A stretch of 64,000 nucleotides of DNA from Candidatus Nezhaarchaeales archaeon (GCA_038887515.1 JAWAKK010000001.1:710205-774204), one strand, 5' to 3'. Counted from the stretch's first letter, positions 48,271-59,090 are shown. Notes: a model not told the origin generated them from the sequence alone. Program-made: numbers and translations.

Positions 48271-50223
48271 CTACATTCTTTGAGCTAACTTAAAGTTTAG
48301 CGCCCTAGCACAGCTCTCGATTACGCTCTTGATCGCGTAGACCAGCATCAACCTTGCTTTGCGGGTCTCCTCATCCTTTTCCTTAATTACGTTGACTTTC
48401 TCGTAGTATGCGTTAAACAGTTCGCTTATCTGGTTTAAGTAGTTTGTAAGCAGTTCTGGCTTAAGTTCATCCGCAGCCTCCACGAAGACTTTGGGGTACT
48501 TAGCCATTTGTATTATGAGTTCCCTCTCATAGCCGTGAGTTAGCTTCGTAGTATCGACTTCTGAAGTGGGCGTAAACCCGCTCTTCCTAAGTATTCCCAG
48601 CGCTCTAACGTAGGTGTAGTTTATGAAGGGGAAACTGTTTCTCTCGAAGTTGATAACTTGGTTCCAGTCGAACGTTATCGGCTTGCTTGCCGTAACGCTT
48701 AGAAGAGCGTACTTGACCGCGCCTACCCCTATGATCTCAGCTATTTCTCTCTTCTCCTCTTCACTTAGCTCCCAGCCCCTCTTCTCGACTTCAAGTTTTA
48801 CCCTATTGACGGCTTCGTTTAGAAGATCGTCCAAAGCAATGTACCTACCTCGCCTACTAGACATCTTAGCCCCGGGGAGCCTTACCAACTCGTACGCATA
48901 GTGTATGTACCGCTTCTCTACATCCCTTACCCCGAGAAGTGCGAGCACGATCTTTAACTGCAACTGGGCTAGGCTCTGCTCTGCGCCTATCACATTTATG
49001 ACCTTATCGGCTTTCGCAAGCTTCCAAAGTGCGTAAGCTATATCCCTGGTAGTATAGAGAGTTGTTCCATCGGCCCTCTTTAATGTCAGCTTTGGAATCT
49101 CCTTTTCCTCCAAGTTCCACTTCTCCTTAAGGCCTAGGAGCGACGCTATTTTGTCAACATTCAATATTAGAGCCCCATCAGATTCCTCGAAGGCCCAAGG
49201 TGCTACCTTCCTTATATCGTCGATTACTTTCTCCGTTGCTCCGCTCCATACCGTTATCTCGCTTTCCCAGTCCCATTCGTCGAAGCGTATCCATAGTCTC
49301 TCCAAAGTCTGCTTGAAGCCTTCTATGACCGCGTTGCATAGCTCCCTAACTATCCTTACGGCTTCTTTGGATCCCCCTTCGTAGTCCCTATTTAGCCTAG
49401 ATATCGTTGCCCTCGGGTCTCCATCAATCGTTATCTTATCTAGTAATAGGTCAAAGAGTTCTGGGTACCTGCTCTTAAGGTCGTAGGCTACTCCAACCCA
49501 TTCGTCGATCTCTTTTATTATTTCCTGTCTCTCATCGTCCGTAGAGACGTTTTCGAGCCTCTTCTTTAAGCTAAGTATTTCAACTATGGCGTTAGTTATT
49601 GGGTAAATTGCCCCTATCGAGTGATCCGGCTTTCCACCTAGAACTTTCTCTTTTACCTTCGAGTGACCGTAGGCAGCTATCATTACTTGAAGACCCATGT
49701 CGTTTATGTAGAAATGCGTCTCCACTTTATGACCTCGAGCCCTTAGTAACGATGCTAAGCTATCGCCTATGATGGCGTTCCTGGCCGTACCTATCGTAAG
49801 CGGGTGTACGGGGTTCCCGCTCGTATGCTCTACTATCGTCTTTAAGGGGTTACTTGTCTCGACTAAGCCGTAGTTTGACTGAAGATTTATTATGGTGGAA
49901 AAAAGTTCTCTTGCAAGCTCGTAGTGATTAGCGTAGAAGTTTACGTAGCCTGCTCCAGCTGATTCAGCTTTATCTACGTACCTCCTATCTTGAGCCATTA
50001 TCCTTGATGCGATGTCGTCCGCTAACCTCCTAGGATTTACCCCAAAGGTTCTAGCTACTTCGAAGCATGGGTATGCTAACTCGCCCATCTCTCTATTAGG
50101 GGGAGGCTCAAGGCCCTTAGCTAAACTCTTCTCAATAATGTCCTTTAAGGGCTCGTCCACAGATTCCCTTATCAGCCTTATACATTCCTCTTCAAACAGT
50201 TGGAACGGAATTACGTGAGGCAT
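48271..50223 (-). CDS. argS: Arginyl-tRNA synthetase
   Basis: 650 aa. Class I aaRS with a degenerate HIGH region (HTSGNPVHPLTIG), KMSSRRG (KMSKS-like) and an ArgRS anticodon-binding C-terminus ending ...QRM. Confidence 0.9.
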   Translation of the reverse strand: MPHVIPFQLFEEECIRLIRESVDEPLKDIIEKSLAKGLEPPPNREMGELAYPCFEVARTFGVNPRRLADDIASRIMAQDRRYVDKAESAGAGYVNFYANHYELARELFSTIINLQSNYGLVETSNPLKTIVEHTSGNPVHPLTIGTARNAIIGDSLASLLRARGHKVETHFYINDMGLQVMIAAYGHSKVKEKVLGGKPDHSIGAIYPITNAIVEILSLKKRLENVSTDDERQEIIKEIDEWVGVAYDLKSRYPELFDLLLDKITIDGDPRATISRLNRDYEGGSKEAVRIVRELCNAVIEGFKQTLERLWIRFDEWDWESEITVWSGATEKVIDDIRKVAPWAFEESDGALILNVDKIASLLGLKEKWNLEEKEIPKLTLKRADGTTLYTTRDIAYALWKLAKADKVINVIGAEQSLAQLQLKIVLALLGVRDVEKRYIHYAYELVRLPGAKMSSRRGRYIALDDLLNEAVNRVKLEVEKRGWELSEEEKREIAEIIGVGAVKYALLSVTASKPITFDWNQVINFERNSFPFINYTYVRALGILRKSGFTPTSEVDTTKLTHGYERELIIQMAKYPKVFVEAADELKPELLTNYLNQISELFNAYYEKVNVIKEKDEETRKARLMLVYAIKSVIESCARALNFKLAQRM

Positions 50224-50420
50224 TCTAGTTCACGCTAGTGTAAAGAGGGGCTGCAATATAGGTGTTAGGGCCTTGGTAAGTTTCGTAAAGGAGAACAGCT
50301 CGATTAAAAGTTGCTCGTCCAAGACTAACATTTAAAGTCGGTCCACGAGTATACATAGCCCTTGGAGTCTGCTTACCTACAATTACGTAACTTCAGCGTT
50401 CCGACGTCGCTCGCAGGATC

Positions 50421-51953
50421 TTAACTAGTTCTTTCGAAGCAAAATACCTCTTCTAGGACGAACCTCTTAGCTGCTCTCAGGAAATCTCTAAACCAAGGAG
50501 ATAGGGCATAGCTTATCGCGAAGTAGATGAGGGCTGCAACGACTACGTGGACCAATAGGATTGGCATATCTCGCCAAAAGGCTTCTACCGTTATGCTGTA
50601 GGATCCAAGTAATTGGTAACATACACCGCTACACAAGCCTGCAATAACGAAGGGGGCTATGTCTCTCCAAGGAAACTTAAATTGCAAGGAGCTCTTAGCC
50701 ATACGGTAATATCTTAGCAGGAAGATGCATGTCCCAGCGAGCCAACCAATTGGATACGCAGAAGCAAGTAAGATTACGTTGTTTAATGGCATGAATGCTA
50801 CAAGTAAAGTAGAACCGACAACTAAACTAACGATTTGAGACATTGCCCCCGTAGAAGACCACTTAAACAGCCTACTCTTGACATAGTCTTTAACTGAAAC
50901 CTCTGGCTTTAAATCTACTTCCTCACGGCCTACGACTACTGTTCCGAAAATTCCTATAGTTCCTTGAAGTATAGCGAGCACGCCAGCAATAAAGACGATC
51001 CAATAGGCATCACGATATGCAGGGTTCAAAAGCGACATTAATGGGTGGGCGAGGCATATAACAGTAATGAAGGTAAACGTAGTGATCGCAAAGTAAAGCC
51101 TAGAAACCTCTTCAACATCGCTGGCACTACCTCCACGAAGCATCTTAGCATATAGTCCTGAAACGGTAGCTCCACCATAAGCTATTGGATTCCTTAAGCT
51201 GTAGCTTGCACTCATGTAAGCGACCGGGACCTCAGAGCCAGATATACATGCAAGTAGGACGCGATCGCTACTACCGAGAAAACCGCTAACGACGTCTATT
51301 ATTGGGATAGAAAAGCCCTTGAACCACTTTTTAGCGAGAGATGAATCAAACCCATCCCATCTAACCCCCCTCCTACGTAGTAGAGCTACGTTGACAGTAC
51401 ATGAAAAAGAGTATGAGAGAGCTAAGGCCATTATTGCTCCGTTAACCCCAAAGCGTAAGACGACTACAAAGATGTAGGCTAAGGGGAGCCTTAAAATTTC
51501 GTGTACGAGACCACTATAACCATAGACCTCGGGCGCAATAGCTCCCGGTAGCGATGTGAAGAAGGAGGATATTAATGAAACAATAAGAAGAACACTGCCG
51601 TACAGAAGCATGCTTTCAAAGCCCCAGCCAATCACTTGCAAGTACATGACATAGGCTATTGCGCAATACGTTACTAAGGCTATAGGAAGATACGTAAAGG
51701 TGATCGTAAGGCCGGTTCCAAAAGATCTAGGTACGTTACGAGCAATTGATCTAGGACACCAGTAGGTCCATAGACCTATCGGCACAAGCGGATAGCTTAT
51801 CAAGCTTCCAATCAACGCCCATAATCCAAACTCTTCAACACTAAGCCTACGAGTAATGATCATAACGAAACCCATACTAATGAGGAGTCTAAACACAGTG
51901 ACGAGGTAATTCATTAGTCCAGCGTAACGAAGTCTAACCTTATTAGGGCACAT
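50421..51953 (-). CDS. Polysaccharide/oligosaccharide flippase (Wzx/MOP-superfamily)
   Basis: 510-aa protein with more than 10 predicted TM helices. Adjacent to sugar-nucleotide and glycosyltransferase genes. Confidence 0.65.
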   Translation of the reverse strand: MCPNKVRLRYAGLMNYLVTVFRLLISMGFVMIITRRLSVEEFGLWALIGSLISYPLVPIGLWTYWCPRSIARNVPRSFGTGLTITFTYLPIALVTYCAIAYVMYLQVIGWGFESMLLYGSVLLIVSLISSFFTSLPGAIAPEVYGYSGLVHEILRLPLAYIFVVVLRFGVNGAIMALALSYSFSCTVNVALLRRRGVRWDGFDSSLAKKWFKGFSIPIIDVVSGFLGSSDRVLLACISGSEVPVAYMSASYSLRNPIAYGGATVSGLYAKMLRGGSASDVEEVSRLYFAITTFTFITVICLAHPLMSLLNPAYRDAYWIVFIAGVLAILQGTIGIFGTVVVGREEVDLKPEVSVKDYVKSRLFKWSSTGAMSQIVSLVVGSTLLVAFMPLNNVILLASAYPIGWLAGTCIFLLRYYRMAKSSLQFKFPWRDIAPFVIAGLCSGVCYQLLGSYSITVEAFWRDMPILLVHVVVAALIYFAISYALSPWFRDFLRAAKRFVLEEVFCFERTS

Positions 51954-52204
51954 AAAACGTCAGATAAAAGGATAGTAATAGCGAATACTTGAAACTTATC
52001 CATAGCATCTAGAGACGCTAAATGCGGTTTAGCAATATGCTAAGAATTAAAGGTTGATAGACAATTCAATACCGATGAGATTTTGGACCACTTACATCCT
52101 AAAAGTGTATTATTTCGCAATTTTATGTCACAATTTATATAATCTGTACTAAAAAATATTTAAATTTCGTAAATTTTCGTGTTAACAACGAGGATGTAAG
52201 AAGA

Positions 52205-53077
52205 ATGATCAAGAAAGTTGTTATTACTGCCGCGGGTCTTGGTACGAGGCTGCTACCAATAACTAAAGAGATACCCAAAGAGATGCTACCAATATGTCTT
52301 GATAATAGTAACGGTCCTACTCTTAAGCCTCTCCTTCAAGCGCTTTTTGAACAACTGTATTCGTTCGGATTTAGAGACTTTTGTTTTGTTGTTGGTAGAG
52401 GGAAGAGGGCTATTGAGGATCATTTTACTCCGGATTGGAATTTCGTCAATAGTTTAAGAAGTAAGGGTAAATTAAACATTGCCGAGGAATTGGAAAATTT
52501 CTATAGGATGATAGAAAGCTCAAGGATACTATTCGTTAATCAACCCGAGCCAAAGGGGTTTGGGCATGCAGTTTTAATGGCTAAACCTTTTGTGGGGAAA
52601 GAGCCCTTCATGGTTTGTGCTGGAGATACTTACATAATTTCAACTAATAACGACTTCTTAAAGAGGTTGGTGTCGGCTTTTTCAGATGATGTTACAGCGG
52701 CAATTCTTCTTCAGAGGGTTGAAGATCCTTGGAATTATGGCGTTGCTCTTGTTAAGCCGAGTAATAGCTTATTATTAGATATAATAGAGGTTGTCGAAAA
52801 ACCCAAAGCTCCTAAGTCAAATATAGCAATAATGCCATTCTACATATTCAAGCCGGAAATAATAGGGGTATTAGAGAATTTGGAGCCAGGCGTTGGCAAT
52901 GAATACCAGCTTACAGATGCCATTCAAAAGATAATTATGATGGGTCGAAGAGTTGTTGGTGTCTTACTTGAAGAAGACGAATTGAGGCTCGATATAGGAA
53001 CGCCAAAGACATACATCGAGGCTTTAAAAGTGTCTTACGAATATCATCGTAGGAGGAATTATAATGTCACATATTAA
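52205..53077 (+). CDS. Sugar-1-phosphate nucleotidyltransferase (GalU/RmlA-like)
   Basis: N-terminal VVITAAGLGTRLLPITKEIPKEMLPI nucleotidyltransferase signature. 290 aa. Confidence 0.8.
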   Translation: MIKKVVITAAGLGTRLLPITKEIPKEMLPICLDNSNGPTLKPLLQALFEQLYSFGFRDFCFVVGRGKRAIEDHFTPDWNFVNSLRSKGKLNIAEELENFYRMIESSRILFVNQPEPKGFGHAVLMAKPFVGKEPFMVCAGDTYIISTNNDFLKRLVSAFSDDVTAAILLQRVEDPWNYGVALVKPSNSLLLDIIEVVEKPKAPKSNIAIMPFYIFKPEIIGVLENLEPGVGNEYQLTDAIQKIIMMGRRVVGVLLEEDELRLDIGTPKTYIEALKVSYEYHRRRNYNVTY

Positions 53078-54068
53078 ATTCGAAGTACGACTACCTTCAA
53101 ATCTTGAGGAGATGGTAAAAGATAAAACATTTCTAATAACCGGGGGGGCTGGTTTTATTGGAAGCTGGCTTACAGAAACTTTAGTTGAACTAGGAGCAAA
53201 AGTAACCGTTTTGGATAATCTCTCATCAGGAAGTATCGAGAACATTAAACATTTGTTTAATTGCGGGAACTTCGACTTTATCGAAGCCGATGTTTCAAAC
53301 TACAAAAACAATAGAATTTATGATTACATAGTTCACGCAGCAAGCATCCCAGCGCCTGATATGTACGTTACGAGACCCGTTGAGACAATGTTACCAAATA
53401 GCATTGGTACGTTAAACATCTTAGAAGTCTCAAGAAAGTATGGAAGTCGAGTCTTATTTCTATCGACTTCTGAAGTTTATGGAGATGCGAGAGTTGTCCC
53501 AACCCCAGAAAACTACTGGGGATATGTAAATCCTATAGGTATAAGGTCTTGTTATGACGAATCCAAGCGCTTTGGCGAAGCATTATGTATGGCATATTTT
53601 AGACAGTATGGTATTGACGTTAGAATTGCCCGAATTTTTAATACGTACGGGCCAAGGCTTGACCCAAATGCTTGTTATGCAAGGGTTATTTCTAAATTTA
53701 TAATCCAAGCCTTAAGAGGTGATCCTATAACAATTTATGGTGATGGAAAACAAACTCGAAGTTTCCTGTATATAACTGATGCGATTGAGGCACTAGTTAA
53801 GTTCCTTTTAATAGATGGGCTAAGTGGAGAAGTTGTTAATATAGGCAGTCCGCACGAAATAACGATATTAGAGTTGGCTAACATTATAAAAAGACTCACC
53901 GGTTCTAATTCTCCAATAGAGTTTCATCCACCAAGACCTGATGATCCAAAAAGAAGGTGCCCCGATATTTCTAAGGCACAGAGAATTTTGAACTGGAACC
54001 CCAAAGTTTCATTACACGATGGACTCGAACTTACCATTGCATGGTTTAAGAAGGTGATAATAATATGA
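53064..54068 (+). CDS. NAD-dependent sugar-nucleotide SDR, UDP-glucuronate decarboxylase (UXS)-like
   Basis: Extended SDR. GGAGFIGS Rossmann motif. YxxxK catalytic region. ARIFNTYGPRL motif characteristic of UXS/ArnA-type decarboxylases. Confidence 0.7.
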   Translation: MSHIKFEVRLPSNLEEMVKDKTFLITGGAGFIGSWLTETLVELGAKVTVLDNLSSGSIENIKHLFNCGNFDFIEADVSNYKNNRIYDYIVHAASIPAPDMYVTRPVETMLPNSIGTLNILEVSRKYGSRVLFLSTSEVYGDARVVPTPENYWGYVNPIGIRSCYDESKRFGEALCMAYFRQYGIDVRIARIFNTYGPRLDPNACYARVISKFIIQALRGDPITIYGDGKQTRSFLYITDAIEALVKFLLIDGLSGEVVNIGSPHEITILELANIIKRLTGSNSPIEFHPPRPDDPKRRCPDISKAQRILNWNPKVSLHDGLELTIAWFKKVIII

Positions 54069-55423
54069 CTGTCATCTCGTACATAGGCATGGGATATGTA
54101 GGACTGGCGAGCGCTGTATGCTTGGCATATAAAGGCTTTAGGGTAATAGGTGTAGACATAGATCCTTTAAAAGTTAAAATTATAAACTCGGGTAAGCCGC
54201 CATACTATGAGCCTAAAGTTGAAGAACTTTTAAAAGATGTGTTAAAAAAAGACCTTTTTTATTGCACCACCGATTACATCAAAGCGGTGCAAGGTTCAAA
54301 TATAACGTTTATAGCTGTTGGCACTCCAAGCAATCCGGATGGAAGCATAAATCTTGATCAAATAAAAAGGGCTGCGAAATACATTGGAGAGGCGCTAAGA
54401 GACAAACATGAATATCACTTAGTAGTTGTCAGAAGCACCGTTGTCCCTGGAACTACGGAGAAAGTGGTTAAACCCATAATTGAGCAAGCTTCAGGAAAGA
54501 GTTGTGGTAGTGAGTTCGGCTTGTGCTTCAACCCAGAATTCCTTAGAGAAGGTTCGGCTGTGGATGATACCTTTAATCCTGATAGGGTAGTTATAGGTGA
54601 ATTTGATGAACGGTCTGGCAATACGCTTGAAAAACTATATAGGGACTTCCACGGAGATGAAGTACCTGTAATCATGAGAACTAATATAGTTAATGCTGAG
54701 CTCATAAAATATGCTAATAATGCATTTTTAGCGATGAAGGTTAGTTTCATCAACATGATAGCAAACCTATGCCAAAAGCTTCCAGGAGCTGACGTTGAGG
54801 TTGTAGCCAAGGGTATAGGTTTAGATAAGAGAATAGGACCTCTCTTTCTTAAAGCCGGGGCTGGATGGGGGGGAAGCTGTTTTCCAAAAGACCTTAAAGC
54901 ATTACTTCATTTCGGCTTAAAGAGTGGCGTAGAACTACCGCTCGTTGAATCAACGTTGAAGGTCAATGAAAATCAACCCTATAAACTCATTGAATTAGCC
55001 AAAAGTCTTATTGGAACCTTGCGTGGAAGGAGGGTTTCCATACTTGGGCTAGCTTTTAAAGCTGGAACGGACGATATGAGAGAGGCCGTTTCAATAAAGG
55101 TTGTTGAGAGACTTTTAGACGAGGGTGCCAACTTAATAGTATACGATCCTAAAGCCATGGAAAACGCTAAGAAAATCTTCGGTAGTCGTATTGAATATGC
55201 TAATAACATTGAAGAGTGCTTAAAGGGATCTGAGTGCGCAATAATAGTTACAGAGTGGGATGAATTTCGTAAGTTAACACCCGAGCGTTACATAGAGCTA
55301 ATGAAAATTCCAGCAATCGTAGATGGGAGAAGAATTTACGATCCACGCGAGTTCTCACGTAAACTTAGATTTGCAGCTATAGGGTATGGACAAGAAACTT
55401 CGGCAACAATTCATTATTCATAA
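54065..55423 (+). CDS. ugd: UDP-glucose 6-dehydrogenase
   Basis: N-terminal GMGYVGL Rossmann motif. Catalytic GGSCFPKD motif. 452 aa. Overlaps the upstream gene by 4 nt. Confidence 0.85.
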   Translation: MTVISYIGMGYVGLASAVCLAYKGFRVIGVDIDPLKVKIINSGKPPYYEPKVEELLKDVLKKDLFYCTTDYIKAVQGSNITFIAVGTPSNPDGSINLDQIKRAAKYIGEALRDKHEYHLVVVRSTVVPGTTEKVVKPIIEQASGKSCGSEFGLCFNPEFLREGSAVDDTFNPDRVVIGEFDERSGNTLEKLYRDFHGDEVPVIMRTNIVNAELIKYANNAFLAMKVSFINMIANLCQKLPGADVEVVAKGIGLDKRIGPLFLKAGAGWGGSCFPKDLKALLHFGLKSGVELPLVESTLKVNENQPYKLIELAKSLIGTLRGRRVSILGLAFKAGTDDMREAVSIKVVERLLDEGANLIVYDPKAMENAKKIFGSRIEYANNIEECLKGSECAIIVTEWDEFRKLTPERYIELMKIPAIVDGRRIYDPREFSRKLRFAAIGYGQETSATIHYS

Positions 55424-55843
55424 CCAAATATGATAATTTCATTTTTACTACGAGAAGGAATTTTTAAAATACATTTTTAAGTTTGTAAAATCTTCTAAAA
55501 AGTTCTGTCAAAAACAAGATGAAGTAAAAGCAGGATATACTCCAGTATTTAATAAATATTGGAGTTTTAGAATTAGACGAATGTTGAGGCGTTTACCTAA
55601 ATCTCCTTTAAGTTCGCAAGGACTTACCGTTTTATAACTTATAATTATTTATTACCTTATAGCTATGCTACTGATGTACCATTACCTGATAGTCAAGTTC
55701 CAGTGGTTGAGATCACTTTGGATGAGCCCTCATGATATTAAATTATAGCTTTAATTGTTGAATTAAGAATGCTGGCTAATCATCAACGTACTCGCCTATT
55801 TTACGAATACTAATACTTAAGCTTACTTTGATTAAAAGCAAGG

Positions 55844-55877
55844 TAAGATATAAGTAGTGTTAAGATATAAGTAGTGT
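55844..55877. repeat. Perfect 17-nt tandem duplication (TAAGATATAAGTAGTGT x2)
   Basis: Read directly. Two adjacent identical 17-mers in the AT-rich intergenic region upstream of the disrupted GT2 gene. Confidence 0.85.
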
Positions 55878-55894
55878 AAGGATGCAACTGTTAA

Positions 55895-57039
55895 GGTAAG
55901 TCAAGGAAGGGGGATTTTGATATAAAAACTGCCATTCTAGTGCCTACATATTGCGGTGCAGATGTATTACCATACTTACTTGAGAGCTTAATAAAAAGTG
56001 GATCTATGCCAGACATGATATTATTTGTTGTAAAGGCTTGTCCTATATCTGAGCTTGAAGGAATTAAAGTTATAGAGGATTTCGTTGAAAAAACATAAAA
56101 GGTCAAACAAAAGCATCTATCATTAAATATAAAGGTCCTTACGGATTAGTTAGACAAATATTGATTGGATTAAGGACTTTATACAAATTAAATTATGACA
56201 TCGTTATATTCTTAGATGATGATTCGTACATTGTTTCTAATAAGTTTGTTGAATTACATGAAAAATGGTACGAAGTAAATGAAGTTGGTGGAGTAGCAGG
56301 TTGTATAATAGACGTATGGAAGCGTGGCGAGGACTTTGTACAAATAGCTGGAAATGTGTCTATACCTCCCAAAAGGCTTTACTTGTGGAGAGAGCCAGCT
56401 ATTAAGATTCTCAATAGGTTTATACCTCAAACATATTTTACAAAGGGAGGCTATGTTGCAGTATGTGGAAACGATACTTATCATCTTAAGAGGGGTGCAA
56501 GGCATGTATTCTCTTTACTGGGCGGCGGATCAAACATGTCAATAAGGTTAGCAGCACTTAGTTGCTTTCTGAAAGGGGATAATATCGCAAAACTTTTACC
56601 TAATACTCCAATCGCTATGAGGTACGAACAGATACTAGCTTATCACATAGTTAAAAGAGGTTACGTAATAGTTAAAGATTACAACATAAAGACTTACCAC
56701 ATATTCAGAGAAGGAGGCGAGACAAGAGCTCCTAGGAATTATCGAAGGAGTACAATTACTGCAACGGATGATTTCCTGTACTTTTACATGAAGCATTCGT
56801 ATCCATGTGATTTTTCATTTATACATAAAATTTTGGCTGTTATACAGAGGCTATATCGATCCATAGTTGTAGAACAAAAGAAAAGTAGTGATATCGAACT
56901 ACTTCTTGCCCGTCTTTTTGGTCACTTATTTGGAAATAGTGTCGGAATATGGTGGAGCCTATCGTCTAACAAAGAGTACGTATATCAATTATTTAGGAGG
57001 TATGAAAGTTTTATGAAGGGTATACTTAAGGAATCGTAA
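55895..57039 (+). pseudogene. Family 2 glycosyltransferase disrupted by a -1 frameshift in an A6 run and lacking an ATG start
   Basis: N-terminal fragment ...DIKTAILVPTYCGADVLPYLLESL...FVEKT*. Reading resumes in the +1 frame as KNIKGQTKASIIKYKGPYGLVRQILIGL...IVIFLDDDSY (DxD motif). One extra A in the A6 run at 56088-56093 would give a continuous ORF. The expected start codon position reads ATA. Confidence 0.65.
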
Positions 57040-57447
57040 TTATAATGATAGGCTTTACAACCATAAAGTAACTTATGGACCACTTTATTAATCGCATGTT
57101 TTCTCTGAAGTACTTCACCAAGAACGTTGAGATTTAAGGTCTAAGCATGCGGTTCGCCCATAAAGATCGGAAGAAGCCGAGAATAAATGCCAGTCCAAGC
57201 CTTTACCATCTTGGCTCATCTACTCTCCGGTAAAGGTCTTGTAACTAAAATCGAAAGGAACAAGTTTAGAAGTTTAGCCTATACTAATAAGCCAAAGATA
57301 TTTACGCTCTTCTTCTGAAGATTACCTCCTTCGTCGGCTTGACGTAAACAATTTCCAGACACCATACGTGATAAGCCTTATTACTTGTTTCCGATAACTT
57401 TTTTGGACGAATAGTCATTGAAGTTAAGCTCGGAGGTCGTTATTTAA

Positions 57448-58689
57448 TTGAAGAAAGCCGTTGTTTCTCACCACTTTTGGGATAGACCTGGTGGTGGGCA
57501 ACTCGTATGTAGTGCTGTGGCTTACGCTTTAAAGGTCCTCGGTTTTAACCCTGTTTTAACGTCTATTTCGTTGTTTGAGAGGGATAAGTATATTGATTGG
57601 TTCGGAATAAACTTGCAGGACTATGAAGTTATACCGTTTTTGAAATTTAGGTTGAGGGCATTTGGGATATACATGAGGCTCCTCGTTTGGGTGCCAATGA
57701 AAAAAGCCATAGAAAAGCTTAACCCGGATATAGTCTTTACTGACGAATGCACCTATAGGCCTGTAGAGAAGCTTGTCGATCGCGAGAAAACCCTATTTGT
57801 TGAGTACATACATTTTCCAATTGAAGTCTCGATTCTAGAGGAGTATAAAGGTAGTGGCTTGTACTATGGTGAGGATCCTTACCTATTAGAGCGCTATAGT
57901 AGGTTCCCCATGAACATATATTGGTGGGGGTACGCGAAGCTTCTCCCCCTCTTTCTACGCAGGAACCCGTTTGAAGTGGCTTCATTGGTGCTGACGAATT
58001 CTAAGTGGACAGCCGAAATCGCAGGAAAGATCTACGGAGAGAGACCTCAGGTGCTGAATCCACCTATAGCGCCAAACGTCGAAATAGCCCAAGAACCTAA
58101 GGTGTTCGAAGAGAGGGAGAACGCCATAGTTATGCTTGGACGCTTCTCCGAAGAGAAGAGGTACCACTGGGTTGTGGAGGAGGTTATGCCGAGACTTCGC
58201 AGAGAGCTAGGAGGTGTAAAGCTGTACGTCTTTGGTGGTGCTAGGACCAAGACCAGTATGATGTATCTAAGCGAAGTAGGAGAAAGGGCTACAAGGAGAG
58301 GCTTAAAAGTGTCTAATAACATTAAAGACTTGGCTGACATATATCTGGTACCTGACGCTCCCAGAAAAGTCATAAACAATGTAATGGACAAGGCGAAGGT
58401 CTTTTTACATGCAACCATAAACGAGCACTGGGGCATAGCGCCAGCCGAAGCCATGGCTAGAGGGTTACCAATAGTAGTTCACAAATCGGGTGGAACTTGG
58501 AGCGATCTTGCTGTCGAAGGTGAGTACGGGCTGGGGTATAATAATATCGAAGAGGTCATAGAATTGCTGTCTAAACTTCTAAATGACGAAAACGTGTGGA
58601 GACATTACTCGAAAAGGTCTATCCTTAAAGCAGGAGATTTAACAATAATTAAGTTCATAGACAGGCTCAAAGGGTTGATTAAAGCTTGA
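57448..58689 (+). CDS. Family 4 (GT-B, retaining) glycosyltransferase
   Basis: C-terminal EX7E-type motif region (NEHWGIAPAEAMARGLPIVVHKSGG). 413 aa. TTG start. Confidence 0.75.
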   Translation: MKKAVVSHHFWDRPGGGQLVCSAVAYALKVLGFNPVLTSISLFERDKYIDWFGINLQDYEVIPFLKFRLRAFGIYMRLLVWVPMKKAIEKLNPDIVFTDECTYRPVEKLVDREKTLFVEYIHFPIEVSILEEYKGSGLYYGEDPYLLERYSRFPMNIYWWGYAKLLPLFLRRNPFEVASLVLTNSKWTAEIAGKIYGERPQVLNPPIAPNVEIAQEPKVFEERENAIVMLGRFSEEKRYHWVVEEVMPRLRRELGGVKLYVFGGARTKTSMMYLSEVGERATRRGLKVSNNIKDLADIYLVPDAPRKVINNVMDKAKVFLHATINEHWGIAPAEAMARGLPIVVHKSGGTWSDLAVEGEYGLGYNNIEEVIELLSKLLNDENVWRHYSKRSILKAGDLTIIKFIDRLKGLIKA

Positions 58690-58805
58690 GATCATTGTTT
58701 ATTAATTTATTAAGAGGGATTTTGAAAGATGGCTTTTTATCAACTACATTCTTAGTTTTTGATGGGATTCTCTAGAGGTTAATAGAATTGGTAATGTTCT
58801 AGAGA

Positions 58806-59090
58806 TTATACTAGTCCTTTCACTTCCTCTTCGCCCGCTTTAAGCTGAGAGTCCTGCTCATTATCGAGTTCCTTGAGTATTGCTAGTAACTCGCCTACGT
58901 GGGTTTTCTCCTCCCTAGCTATGTCCTCTAAGATCCTTCTAACCTTCTCATTTACGCATGCCTTGGCGAACTGTAGGTAGAGGTTAATGGCATCTAGCTC
59001 AGCTATTATCGACATCCTGATGGCTTCTATCATTTCATCGAATGTAAATCTCCTATCTTTAAGCAAGTCTAGAGGGTTCCTCGCCATCAA
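58806..59090 (-). CDS. Small ferritin-like/rubrerythrin-family diiron-motif protein
   Basis: 94-aa helical protein with E...EEKTHVGEL (ExxH) motif pairs typical of ferritin-like four-helix bundles. Confidence 0.45.
   Translation of the reverse strand: MMARNPLDLLKDRRFTFDEMIEAIRMSIIAELDAINLYLQFAKACVNEKVRRILEDIAREEKTHVGELLAILKELDNEQDSQLKAGEEEVKGLV

Noticed and set aside
55844-55877. Possible CRISPR-like repeat
   Set aside because: There are only two directly adjacent 17-nt copies with no spacers, so this is a simple tandem duplication. No CRISPR array or cas genes are in the window.
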